Assembly: GCA_964016885.1 (NCBI GenBank)
Contig: OZ024751.1
Location: forward strand, 15,190,001-15,254,000
DNA length: 64,000 nucleotides
Source: Eledone cirrhosa
Taxonomy: Eukaryota
Direction of reading: 5' to 3'
Part shown: positions 51,626 through 64,000 of the stretch, one piece after another
Numbering within the stretch: the first letter of the stretch is position 1
Layout: each line of letters opens with the position of its first letter
Program-made: the position numbers and the translations under genes
Notes under the pieces: model-generated
Told to the model about the DNA's origin: nothing
The model's input: only the letters and a program-made list of their open reading frames with translations
The model's database searches: none

Positions 51626-52664
51626 ATGATTTTGTTTCATTTTTTTTTTTCTTTCTTCGTTTATTTTCATGTCGTTACTTTTTTATTTTTAATATCTCCA
51701 AGAAAGTTAATTTAATTATTACTCAATTCTTCCATTCATAATTTATCACGATGGTCTAAAATATTGTTTCGAAAATGAAAACATAAGCAAAAAAAAAAAA
51801 AATAATAATTTCACCTGCTCAAGGCCAGCTATTTGGGGAATGGGAGAATCGATTATTTTGACAGTACTTAACTGGTATTTTATTTTATCGAACCCCAGAA
51901 GGACGAAAGAGAAAGTTGACCTCGGCGAGATTTGAACTCAGAACGTAAAGAGCCGGAGCAAGTACCACAAACCGTTTTATCCGACCCTCTAACGATTCTG
52001 CCAATCTATCGCCCCTTACTTATAATATATTGTGCGTTTTCTTTGACTATGTAAATAAAAATACAGCTACATGAAATCATTTGTGGTAAAATTGAAATGA
52101 CTTGAATAAAAAAAATTGAAACCAGACGTTTTTTCGACTTTTGACTTGTTCGTAAACATTAGAGAGAAAAAAAGCCGTTACTATAGTTAGAAGTTAACGC
52201 CATCAATGTATATACTGCTTGATGTGAAAGTTTGTTGGTGATATATATCTGCAAGGGTTTATTTGGCGACCAATGTACAAATAACATTTTTTGTTCAATA
52301 AACAGAGACTATACACACACACATTTGTTATACGTGTAGTGTACGCATTTGTATAACAGCAATTGTGTAACGAATAAATGAGTTAAATTCTCAGTATCGG
52401 TAGAGGATCGGACGCCATGCTTTGACGTATAGAGTTATGGCCCTTGCCATTCTGAGTTCAAATCCCGCCGAGGTTAACTTTGCCGAGGAAAATCATACCT
52501 TATCGGTTGGAAATTCACTGGATAGTGGAAATATATTAAGGATTATTCAAACTCATGTGTGAATATGCAAATGAATATGTAAATAATTGAAAAACAACCG
52601 TTTATTTAAACGACACTGGAGAAAGAGAGAGAGAGAAGATATAAGGGGAGAAAGATAAAAAATA

Positions 52665-52703
<39 letters not shown>

Positions 52704-52947
52704 CCAACAAATTAAATACCCCTTCTACTTATATATATATATATATATATATAATTGTTTCTATTATTGGCACAAGGCCAGCAATAACCCAGTACATTAC
52801 TGGTACTTTATTATACTTTATTATAACACTGGTGGGTTATATCCGTAGTAGTAGATCACTCAGTCCATGGGACGAGTTTGGTAGAAGTAGTAACACAACA
52901 ATTAGCTCACCATACCGAGAACAAATGTTTCACCTTATTCGAATCTT

Positions 52948-52988
52948 CCGAGCTGAGGATCCGAATAAGGTGAAACATTTGTTCTCGG
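52948..52988 (+). ncRNA. Compact hammerhead ribozyme motif
   Basis: CCGAG-CTGAGGA-TCC GAATAA GGT-GAAA-CATTTG-TT-CTCGG. Confidence 0.5.
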
Positions 52989-53150
52989 TATAGTGAACTA
53001 ATTGTTGTGGAATTACTTCTATATATATAATATATATATAGTAAAATGATGATGATGGGGAGTATCATGAAAAAAAGGGCCCCAAACGGTGAGAAATGAG
53101 GCAAGATGGGGAAAGCTATACTCATTTTCATAAGAGAAGACAGGTCTCTC

Positions 53151-53246
<96 letters not shown>

Positions 53247-53279
53247 TATATATATATATGCAGAGGTTATATTTAATTT

Positions 53280-53511
53280 GTTGGGATTCAACAAGCTTAA
53301 ACATTTTTATAACTGATATAAAGCACTCTAGGACTATCCAGGAAGCTCCAACCGTTAAGATTGTCTTTTTTCCGGGTATGTCAATATTTATTTATAAAAC
53401 AAATCTGTATTTTATCTGATGAAAGCGCACCATAATTTGCCTTGGTTGCCCTTGAAATATATATAATAAAATAAATATGGTTTTATAAATATAGTTTCCA
53501 TTTATTAATAT

Positions 53512-53546
<35 letters not shown>

Positions 53547-54221
53547 AGAAGAAGTTTATGAAATGGAAATGCGGGTATAAAGAATTTATTAGGTAACAAT
53601 TGTTTCTATAGTGTATGGGTTACCTATACCTCGCTATTTGAATAATATAAAAATATTATCATAAACCGAAGGTACACTGTAAGCAAACACACCATGTCGT
53701 CAGACCTTTGTATTGGAATATGAAAATATTTTATACACTAGATAAAAGAGAAAGAAGGAGGTAGGAAGAGAAGGGGAGGAGGGAAGTGAGTAAGGGGGAG
53801 GGAGTCCTAGGATTTAAGACTGTCAGACTAGTAGAGATTGTAAGGAGAGAATGTTTTGGCAGCAGTTAGCTTAATGATGCGTGTTAGGGTTGGCGGGCGA
53901 AGTAAATTCTTCTAGTGGTGTTGTTCGGACAAAAATTTAGTTAAAGGGGTCAAAGTGGTACAGAGTTACAGACAAGTTATTGGGGCTATTATAGTAGCAG
54001 GTTATTTCTAAAGGGGTCCAGAAAACATAGGTAACCCATACACTATAGAAACAATTGTTACCTAATAAATTCTTTATACCCGCATTTCCATTTCATAAAC
54101 TTCTTCTCCATATTTTCTCCGGATTTTAAATTTTAAAACACACTTTATTATACGTTGAGCAATCTCCGACGTCGGTTGATTCCATCCAATGCAACTACTT
54201 AGTAACATTGGAATACAAATT

Positions 54222-54230
<9 letters not shown>
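53280..54230. mobile_element. Penelope-like element remnant with hammerhead motif and ~85-bp inverted repeat
   Basis: Hammerhead at 53408-53473; inverted repeat 53542-53627 / 54028-54112; related sequence at 2726-2897. Confidence 0.5.
53408..53473 (+). ncRNA. Minimal type I hammerhead ribozyme motif
   Basis: TATTTTAT-CTGATGA-stem II (AAG.GCACCA/TGG.TGC.CTT)-GAAA-TATATA-TA-ATAAAATA: 8-bp stem I and palindromic short stem III. Confidence 0.7.
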
Positions 54231-54271
<41 letters not shown>

Positions 54272-54283
54272 CAGAATGTTATT

Positions 54284-55606
54284 TGGACTAGTTCCAACAG
54301 GGAGTTGGGTGAAGCTCTCCAGCAACGGAGTGAATTGGGCTTGTCTCTTCTGAGAAGGTGGAGGGCAGTCGAAGTCAGAGAACTTGGGACAGCATAAGTT
54401 CGAAGGTCACCTTCGACTCCCTCTTCGTCCAGTTAGATCAGTTTGCAAGGTGCCGCTTACTATCTGCCAGGGCCAAATACTCAGGCGACTGGGTTGATGC
54501 CCTACCCTTTGCCAACGTTGGTGGCTTACTCAGCCTGGACGAACTTCGTGTCTCCAGCGCCCTCAGAGTGGGAGCTGACGTCTGCATGGGTTTGAGGTGC
54601 CGATGCAGCAAACTCCTCAACTCCACAAGCATCCACGGTCTTTCTTGCCGCCTGAATGCCGGCCGCTTCGCGCGTCACACGGAGCTAAACCTCATTCTGA
54701 AGAGACCTTTGGCCCGGGCGAATATCCCCTCAGTCTTGGAACCATCTGGGTTGTCCAGAAGTGACGGCCTTACTCTGTGTCCCTGGTCTCGAGGCAGGTG
54801 CCTCGTCTGGGACGTCACTGTTAGTGACTCTTTTGCTCTTTCCCACATCCTGGATGCTGTGGTTAGGACGAGAGCCACAGCTTCCGCAGCCGAGTGGAGT
54901 AAGACCCTCAAATACTCTGATCCGTCGGCCAGCTACACTTTTCAGCCTGTGGCTTTCGAGACGTTTGGGGGAGTCGGACCGCTGACTCTGCGAGGTCCCT
55001 CTCTTCACTGGCGGCTCACCTAATAGAGGTAACTGGCGAATCTAGTGAGGGCGCTTGGCTGTTTCAGCGCATCACCCGAGGCAACGCTGCGAGTGTGCTG
55101 GCTTGCCTCAAAAATCATTAGAGAGGTTGCCCAGTACTCCTCGCGATGTTGGCGTGATCTTCTACATGTTTTTTTTTTTATTTATTTATTTTTATTTTTT
55201 TAAATATATTCACTGCCCAGAGAATAGCATAATAGAAGATATAAGTGTTTCGCTTATAAATGTTCAACCACATGTATTATCAGAAGGTTGCCATTTTATA
55301 GTGTTCGATGTTCGGGGTCAGCCACTTTAGGAAAAATGGTCACCATTTCTCCCAAACTGTCTTTTGCTCTGGTGTTGGCTCGGTTATTCACTTCTTCCTT
55401 TACAGTTTCCTTAATATTGTAACATTAAAAGAATATATCTTTCTGAAGGAATCGCGAGCTATTTATAATGTTATCGAAGCATTTGTAATGTTATTTATGT
55501 ATATATTTAAAACATATTTGTTATGTTATTCTACTGTAAATTTATTTATATGCTCTGTTTATATTTTCATTCTGAAAGAATTGCAAACGATTTGTAATGT
55601 TATTTA
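54284..55606 (+). mobile_element. Second copy (3' part) of the CRE-like element
   Basis: ORF 54358..55023 is nearly identical to 58089..58946 (ARCRLLSA..GDWVDALP, PWSRGRCLVWDVTVSD, FQPVAFETFG) and shares the 3'UTR. Confidence 0.88.
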
Positions 55607-55775
55607 ATTTATATTATATTATAATATAATATAATACTGGAGGTTGATGATGTTGTATCTGTTTTATGGGTTTTTTTTAATACACACCTTTTGCTATGCT
55701 CTACTATCTTAAGTATCGAGTATTCTGTTGAGTAATGGTGTAACTAGTTTAAAACTGGTTCTATCCTACTATATA

Positions 55776-55840
<65 letters not shown>

Positions 55841-56161
55841 ATGCTTTGGGAGGGTCATGTTGCCAATAAGAAACACACGCACCAGTTATTTTCACTCCAA
55901 TTTATTATAAATTAAATTTATAAATTTCCGGTTGGTTGGTTGGTTCCATAACCGGACGGTTGTTCATATATTGTCAAAGTTCTTTCGTCACACATTCTGT
56001 GAACTCTTCGGTGACTGGGGATTCTTTTCTTATCTATTGCATTCACTTATATTTCGAATACCTGCTGATATCACCGGATTCATACGGAACCCGGTCATTG
56101 AAATGATCATAGTATAATAAACCTTTCAAGGATTTACACAAGTCCAGCCTCCTGTCATTTC

Positions 56162-56241
<80 letters not shown>

Positions 56242-57562
56242 CTATACTTGGGAGGGTCATATATCAGTGGTGAAGGGTAACCTGGAAAACAGGGCATGCA
56301 GTCCAATCGCCATGGCGGAAAGTGGGGTTGTCCAGCCCTACTCTGCACCCAATTCCCTCTAAATGACCCTCCCGGTCAAAGCCGCATGTAGTGTTATCTA
56401 GTGTGTGTTTGTGTGTATGTGTTATCTTTTTTTGTGTCTATACGTTTTAGTAAGCAGCCAAAATTCTGCTTGCTTCAACCGACGCAATTGATCAACTCAA
56501 GATTCTATAACGCATGCACGGACCCTTCGCCCCTGATATATATATATAATATCAAATTAACGAAGATCGCTGGTATTAATTCAACGGTCCCAGCCAGGAT
56601 CCCAGCTAGGATAGAACCAGTGTTTACTGTGTTCAGATACGTACGGAACTCGGCGTATTGGGTACATTTTTGACCGACTTACTAAACAGTATAAACTTCA
56701 ACAGTATTTTTATAGTTTACAAGTATAAACCGTAACCGATTCATCGCTGTTATTCCATTGGAATGTTATAATATTACGGCATCCGCAAATTGTTTATAGC
56801 TTTGCTCGCGCGTGAATCATTCATTATATTTTAAATCAATGCTTTTCTTTTCTTTTTTAATTAATTAATCAATTAGTTAATTGTTATTGTTATTACTATT
56901 AGATTGGCAGAATCATTAGACAGTCTCAGGAAAGAATTGCTGGACAGATTTTACGGGCGAAACTAACAGGTAGGAGACCCCAGGGTAGACCCCGAGCAAG
57001 ATGGTTGGATAACATCCATGAGTTTGGCTGGTCACGCTTGGGGATCCAACCGGATCAGTTGGAGACGGTTGCTTCTGACAGGACCCGCTGGAGGAAGTGT
57101 TTTAGGACTCTCCCCACACGATCTTCTCGGGAATAAGTGGCCGAAGAAAAGAAGAATCATTAGAACGCCAGCCAAATGCTTGGTAATATTTCTTTACGTT
57201 CTGAGTTCAAATCTTGCCCTGGTTAGCTTCGCCTTTCATCCTTTCTGGGCCGGTAAATGAAGTACTAGTAACGCAGTGGGGTCGATTTAATCCCCCCCCC
57301 CCCCCCTCAAAAAAAAAAAATGATCGGCTTTGTGCTTAAATCAGAAACCATTATTTCCTGTTGTTTTATTGCAACTGTCAGTTATAAGAACTCCGTGGTT
57401 CTTTCAATAAATTTGACACTCTAACTCTCAGTCGTGCCCTTCCCATGGAGTGTCATCAGTAGATGTTTGTTGTAATTAAATGACAACATCCTATAAGTCA
57501 ACAACCCAAAACGTAATAACCACACACACACAGACTGACCGACAGACTGACAGATACACACA

Positions 57563-59968
57563 TGAAAATATAAACAGAGCATATAAATAAATTTACAGTA
57601 GAATAACATAACAAATATGTTTTAAATATATACATAAATAACATTACAAATGCTTCGATAACATTATAAATAGCTCGCGATTCATTCAGAAAGATTTATT
57701 CTTTTAATGTTACAATATTAAAGAAAATGTAAAGGAAGGGGTGAATAATGGAGCCAACACCAGAGCAAAAAACAGCAACGTCGCGAGTACTGGGCAACCT
57801 CTCTAATGATTTTTGAGGCAAGCCATCACACTCGCAGCATTGCCTCGGGTGATGGCGAGTCTGATGTGCTGAAACAGCCAAGCGCCCTCGCGAGATTCAC
57901 CAGTTACCTCTATTAGGCGAGCCGCCAATGAAAAGAGGAACCTCAAAAGCCACATGCTGAAAAATGTAGCTGGCCGACAGATCGGCTGCGGAAGCTGTGG
58001 CTCTCGTCCGAACTGCAGCATCCAGGATGTGGGAAAGAGCAAAAGAGTCACTAACAGTGACGTCCCAGACAAGGCACCTGCCTCTCAACTAGAGGCACAG
58101 GGTAAGGCCATCAGGTCTTTTGCCGTCACTTCTGGACAACACAGATGGTTCCAAGACTGAGGGGATATTCGCCTGGGCCAAAGCTCTCTTCAGAATGAGG
58201 TTTAGCTCCGTGTGACGCGCGAAGCGGCCGGCATTCAGGCGGCAAGAAAGACCGTGGAGGCTTGTGGAGTCGAGGAGTTTGCCGCATCGGCACCTCAAAC
58301 CCATGCAGACGTTAGCTCCCACTCTGAGGGCGATGGAGACACGAAGTTCGTCCAGGTTGAGTGGGCCACTAACGTTGGCCAGGGGTAGGGCATCAACCCA
58401 GTCGCCTGAGTATTTGGCGCTGGCAGATAGTAAGCGGCACCTTGCAAACTGATCTGACTGGACAAAGAGGGAGTCGAAGGTGGCCTTCGAACTTATGATG
58501 TCCCAAGTTCTCTGACTTCGACTGTCCTCCACCTTCTCAGGAAGAGACAAGCCCAACTCACTCCATTGCTTGAGAGCTTCACCCAACTCCCTGTTGGAAC
58601 TAGTCCATGTTGGAGAGGAGAGGATGCTGCTCACCAGGATGGAGCAAGCGTGGGTGGAGGAAAGGAAGCAGGGGAGAGAGAGGGACGAACACTTACGAAG
58701 ACCAAGGGCCCCAAATTGCTTGGGAAATGCAGCCTGATCTGGAGAGAGTCTAACATTGACCAGGCACTTGAGTCTCTCGAGGATTAGGTCATCGAAGCAT
58801 TGGAGGCAGGACAGAAATCTGTGAGAGGGGCTGGCCCTGTGCAGATAAAGAAGCTTAGGAATAGACAGGTAGTTCCTGAGTATGAAGAAACCTTGATGGG
58901 GTTCAATAACTTCGATATTCCTCAACAGCTGCTCAAGGCCAACCATGTTCGAATGGAAGATTAACTCGAAGGCCAGGTTTGTGATTGGGGCTCCTAAGGA
59001 ACACCAAGCCGACGGGGGAGGGACCGCGATGGAAGGGAAGGACTCTGCAAGCAGGTCGATTTAGCTGTTGGTGTTGAGAAGCTGGGTGGTTGAGGATCCA
59101 AAGCTCACATTTGGAGCTATTGACCTGGAGACCCCGGCGGACAAGCTCCTCAACAATCTTGTTGGCAGTGGCGAAAACCATATCCGGAGTTCCCAGCAAA
59201 CAAGTGTTGTCAAAGTACCAGACATTGAGGTCCAACTCAACCCCCATCTTGGTGATGTCATCAATGCCTAGTGCAAACAGAGCGGGCCCGAGTGGGTCAT
59301 CCTGTTGTACTCCTGAGGCAGAGGTGATGATTTGGTCACTGAAAGAGAGGTAGGAGGGCTCCCGATAAGCCTGCCAAGCAAAGTGGTAGAGTTGTGGGAC
59401 CCTCTCTCTTACTGAGCCGAGGACAATGTCGCGGTTGACGGAGTTAAATGCATTCTTGCATTGGGGGACGAGGAGGGCAAGTTGGTAAATGCTGTGGTAG
59501 TGTGGACAGCAGCCTCACATCCCAACTTGATACCCACCCCCAGCTGAATGGGGGAAAATCCCTCCGCCCGTGAGTCGGAGACCAACAGCAAACACGCCTT
59601 TGCAGTAAGGCGGTGAAAGGTGCAGCCAACCGCAATGGGGCGCAGGTCCCCGTTGGGCTTGGTGAGACCAAATAGCTTGGCACTGAAGAAGAGTGGGCGG
59701 ATGAACGGGAGAACGTTCACTGAAGAGAACTGATTCGCAAACTGAGTCAGGCTCTCCAAGAGTTCGAGTCCGGCATCACCGGCCAATAAGGAGATACCAT
59801 CCTTGAGGTGTTGAGGACGAAGGGCGTCAATTCCCACGCCTAACCCAGCGGGGAAGGATGAAATCGCCTTTCTGATGATATCGGTGGTGTAAACCGGTCT
59901 CGAGTATTCTGGTGGTTCGGGCCAGTTTAGCTGATCATCTGGGGGTGCTGATGGGTGCTTTACCAACT
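57563..59968 (-). mobile_element. CRE-like non-LTR retrotransposon (RT + CCHC + restriction-like endonuclease), 5'-truncated and inactivated
   Basis: LRPIAVG, QLGVGIKLGCEAAVH, SGVQQDDPLGP, WYFDN (degenerate YLDD), CRCG..HGLSC, KRPDGLTL, LVWDVTVSD; frameshifts and an in-frame stop at 58089. Confidence 0.88.
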
Positions 59969-61465
59969 TCGTGTGTATGTGTGTATCATCATCATCATTT
60001 TACGTCCGCTTTTCCCTGCTTGCAAGGGTGGGACGGGAACTGATTCTGGCTTGATTTCTACAGATGGATGCCCTTCTTAACACCGCCTCATTTACAGTGA
60101 GTACTGGGTGCGTGTGTGTGTGTATATATATAAATATATATATATATTTACACAATCGAAAGGTTGTGAGTTCAATTCTCAGACCGGGTGATGTGTTGTT
60201 TCCTTGAGCAAGACACTTTATTTCACATTGCTCCAGTTTACTCAGCTGTAGAAATGAGATGATAGGACTGGGGTCCCTATCATTCCACTGCAAAGAGGTC
60301 GTGGAGGCGCCACGGCAAAAAAGCACCCAGCACTCACTGTAAATGAGGTTGGTGTTAGGAAGGGCATCCAGCTGTAGAAATCAAGCCAGAATCAGTTCCC
60401 GCCCCACCCTTGCAAGCAGCGTTATTATGTACAGTGGACAACATTATCCAATGATATATCTTTCTATAGGATGAAAGGGTGTAATTTGAGGGAGATTTTT
60501 CTGCTATTTCTAGCAGGCCAAATGACCATATAACAGCTCCTTCATTAACTAGTCCTGTAGATATTATTTACACTGGTATTGAAACATGATTTATGATATC
60601 AGCATGAATGGTTCCTTGCGCTGAAATTATTTAACAATGTTTGCTTTAAAGAAAATAACAAGATTATGTTACCGACAGTGTGTGTGTGTATTTATGTTAT
60701 TGAAACATATCAGGACTATACGAGGGTCAGATAAAAGTTCATATGCTGAAGGATTGATTATTTGAGCTGTGAAATCGAGGTATGTGTGTGGGTATATCTA
60801 GGGAATGTAATGTCCAGATACTGTAGATTCACCAGAATGAGCACTCGATGTGTAGTTTCCAAGGTATAGAGGCGTAGAACTAAGCAGAGGGTAATAATAA
60901 TAATAATAATAATTGTTTCTACTTTTGGCACAAGGCCAGTAATTATTCCAGTACGTTACTGGTACTTTATTTTATTGAGGTTAACTTTGTCTTTCATCCC
61001 GTAAGGATGAAAGGCAAAGTTAACCTCGGCGGGATTTGAACTCAGAACACAAAGGGCTATAACTCTATGCTGCAAAGCATGGCGTCCAACCTTCTACTGA
61101 TACTGCCAATCCACTGCCCTATCATCATCATCATCATCATCATTTTACGTCCACTTTTCCCTGCTTGCAAGGGTGGGACGGGAACTGATTCTGGCTTTAT
61201 TTCTACAGCTGGATGCTCTTCCTAACACCAACCTCATTTACAGTGAGTGCTGGGTGCTTTTTTGCCATAGCACCTCCACGACCACTTTGCAGTGGAATGA
61301 TAGGGACCCCAGTCCCTATCATCTCATTTCTACAGCTAAGTAAACTGGAACAATGTGAAATAAAGTGTCTTGCTCAAGGAAACAACACATCACCTGGTCT
61401 GAGAATTGAACTCACAACCTTTCGATTGCAAGGCCAATGCTCTAACCACTAAGCCATGTGCCTCC

Positions 61466-61530
<65 letters not shown>

Positions 61531-61944
61531 TGTTTCTACTTTTGGCACAAGGCCAGCAATTACCCAGTGCATTACTGGTACTTTATTCTATCGACCCCAG
61601 AAGGATGAAAGGCAAGGACAATTTGTTGTCTTCGTTACATTTATTAGTCACACGCCTTTCACTAGTGATCAGCTCAAGGTTCAATCTGGAATCAAAGCTT
61701 ATCGGACCTCTGCTGTGGCAACGACAGAATGAATGAACCTCTTGGGCGTAGAGAAGGTATAAATGAATGTGAATCGGTATATACCTTTTTTATGCCCAAG
61801 AGGTTCATTCTGTCATTACCACAGCAGAGGTTCGATAAGCTTTTGATTCCAGAGTTGGGCCAGACCTATACAGATCGAAATGCACTGGGATAATTGCCGG
61901 CCTTGTGCTTAAAGTAGAAATAATAATTATTATTATTATTGTTG

Positions 61945-62160
61945 ATCGGTGGTGGATTGGCAGTATTGGTAGAGGATTGGACGCCATGCTTTGCAGCACA
62001 GAGTTACGTCCCTTTACGGACTGAGTTCAAATCCCACCGAGGTAAACTTTGCCTTTCATCCTTACGGGGTCGATAAAATAAAGTACCAGTCACGCACTGG
62101 GGTCGATTTAATCGACTTTGCCCTCCCCTCAAATTGCTGGCCTTGTGCCTAAAGTAGAAA
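61945..62160 (+). mobile_element. Abundant SINE family A, near full length (other copies ~1290-1410, 4390-4560, 7170-7370, 13862-14100, 20233-20420, 24190-24370, 27217-27440, 48616-48800, 51820-52015, 60910-61120, 62200-62382)
   Basis: CGGTGGATTGGCAG head, B-box-like GAGTTCAAATCC, CTTTGCCTTTCATCC core, GGCCTTGTGCC..AGTAGAAA tail; recurs on both strands. Confidence 0.85.
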
Positions 62161-62818
62161 TAATTATTATAATATATATATATATATATAAATATATTAT
62201 AATTGTTTCTACTTTTGGCACAAAGCCAGCAATTACCCAGTGCATTACTTTATTTTATTGACCCCTTAAGGATGAAAGGCAAAGTTAACCTTGGCGGGAT
62301 TTGAACTCAGACCGTAAAGGGACGTAACTATACTGGAAAGTATGGCGTCCGACCCTCTACAGATACTGCCAATCCACTGCCCTTATATATATATAAATTA
62401 TAATAATAATAAAAAGCACAAAGTGTTAGGTCTTCATTGTGTTTATTGAGTAGTGACGCGTGTTTCACTATTGATCAGCTCAAAGTTCGATCTGTATTGG
62501 TCTGACCCGACTCTGGAATCAAAAGCTTGTTGGACCTCTGTTATGGTAATGATAGAATGAACCTCCTAGGGCTTTGAAACAGTATATAACAATTCACATT
62601 CATTTACTGATGAGCCTACAGTAACTGGACATTACAAGCCCTAAATATATTTATATATATAGTTCTTGCAAGCAGGGAAAAGCGGACGTAAAATGATGAT
62701 GATAATGATGATGATGATGATATATATTTGTATGTATGTATGTGTGTGTATGTACAGAGAGAGAAATACATACATGTATATAATTACACACATACATACA
62801 CATATATATACACACACT

Positions 62819-63170
62819 TATGAGGGTGGGCTGAAAAGTTCATATGAAGGATTGATGCTATGAAGGATTGATGTTAGAGCTGTGAAATCTTGCATGCATT
62901 AATTTCAACTTTTCTTATTAATAGCTGTATTGTTTCTTTCGAGTGACTATGTTGAAAAATATATCTCATTTGGTCATTCCATGAGAGTATCTTGGTCTAT
63001 CTATGAAGGTATGATGCTAGTGTTGTGAAATCTTGCATGCATTAATTTCAACTCTTCCTTATTAATAACTGCATTGTTTCTTTCCAGGACTATGTTGAAA
63101 AATATAACTCATCTGGTCATTCCATGAGCGTATCTTAGTCCGCCTATGAACTTTTCAGCCAACCCTCATA
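62819..63170. mobile_element. Tc1/mariner MITE with an internal duplication
   Basis: TA|TGAGGGTGGGCTGAAAAGTTCATA...TATGAACTTTTCAGCCAACCCTCA|TA. Confidence 0.8.
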
Positions 63171-64000
63171 CGATGTTAGTTAGTTGGAAAATATTAAGCA
63201 TTGCTATTTTAAAGAGGGGCTAAGAATAAACAATTTGCCAATTCTAAACTGTGTTAAACCAGAATCTGTGGAGACTTGTGAAATTTTAAACAAATGGTTG
63301 ACTAATAGGAGTAAGGAATTATAAAGGAAGTGAAGAATACTATTGCGTCTTCCTGACAACTGTGCGACACACCCACTTCTTTGAGATAGCCTGAAAAAAA
63401 ACATTAATCTGGTATCTTCTGTTTTCTAACACACCAACCACATTTTCGGGTGCTGTCGTTGAACTTAGGCAATCAGAATACATTTGAAAAGTTTCATTAT
63501 TACATTATTAAAAAGTAGGTAAAGCAATATTTTTCAATCAGTGGGAAAGAAAATCTGTTGACATTAGTTTCAACAGCTGAGCAAGAGAAAGCATGAGTTA
63601 ACCTTTTAAAAACCATTAAAGCTTACTGCTTATAATGCTTGATGATAAATTATTAGCTGGAGCATTCAGAATTATTGCTTTATTTACTGTAATTTGAAAC
63701 CATCAGTCTTGGATATCTCCCCCCTCTCACTTTCTTTCTCTTAATGAAGACTAGGAGTCACTTGTTCTACAAAAAAAAAATATCTTTATTGGATGGTCAT
63801 TGACTCTCTTGAATTCCTCTGCCTTTTGATGGGTCTTGTTTTTCCTCCTGCAGAGTGTCTAAATTCACCCTCCTTACCAAGCAAACTTGGTGGGGTTGCT
63901 GGTTTAGTTGCTGACGACCCAACCATGTACAGGTTGTACTGGTTTACATGTTACCAGTAACACTGAAGAGTGACCTGACAATAACATACATACATACAGC

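Noticed and set aside
63204-63690. Possible minus-strand exons (NKAIILNAP..., YLKEVGVSH...)
   Set aside because: Short, no recognisable homology, and cannot be distinguished from decayed transposon sequence.

Overview
AT-rich, microsatellite- and repeat-dense eukaryotic genomic DNA. The abundant SINE families and (TA)n tracts suggest a coleoid cephalopod, probably Octopus (inference). Two spliced housekeeping genes lie head-to-head around a shared promoter at ~22.2-22.64 kb. On the minus strand is a U1A/U2B''/SNF-family snRNP protein gene (6 coding exons, 255 aa, 21424->12878). On the plus strand is retromer subunit VPS26 (9 coding exons, 335 aa, 22638->38963). All exon boundaries are GT-AG and phase-consistent. 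The rest is transposon-derived: an internally deleted piggyBac plus its MITEs, RTE LINEs, CRE-like RLE non-LTR elements, Penelope-like remnants, Tc1/mariner, pogo and hAT MITEs, SINEs and minisatellites. Best novel candidate: the SNF/U1A 3'UTR carries an 8-bp hairpin with an AUUGCAC loop that mimics U1 stem-loop II, next to a 5'-splice-site motif and between two AATAAA signals, which suggests an invertebrate autoregulatory switch. Other leads are a possible in-frame SNF-piggyBac exon-trap fusion, five minimal hammerhead-ribozyme motifs, long hairpins at the VPS26 3' end and a twin-primed RTE insertion.
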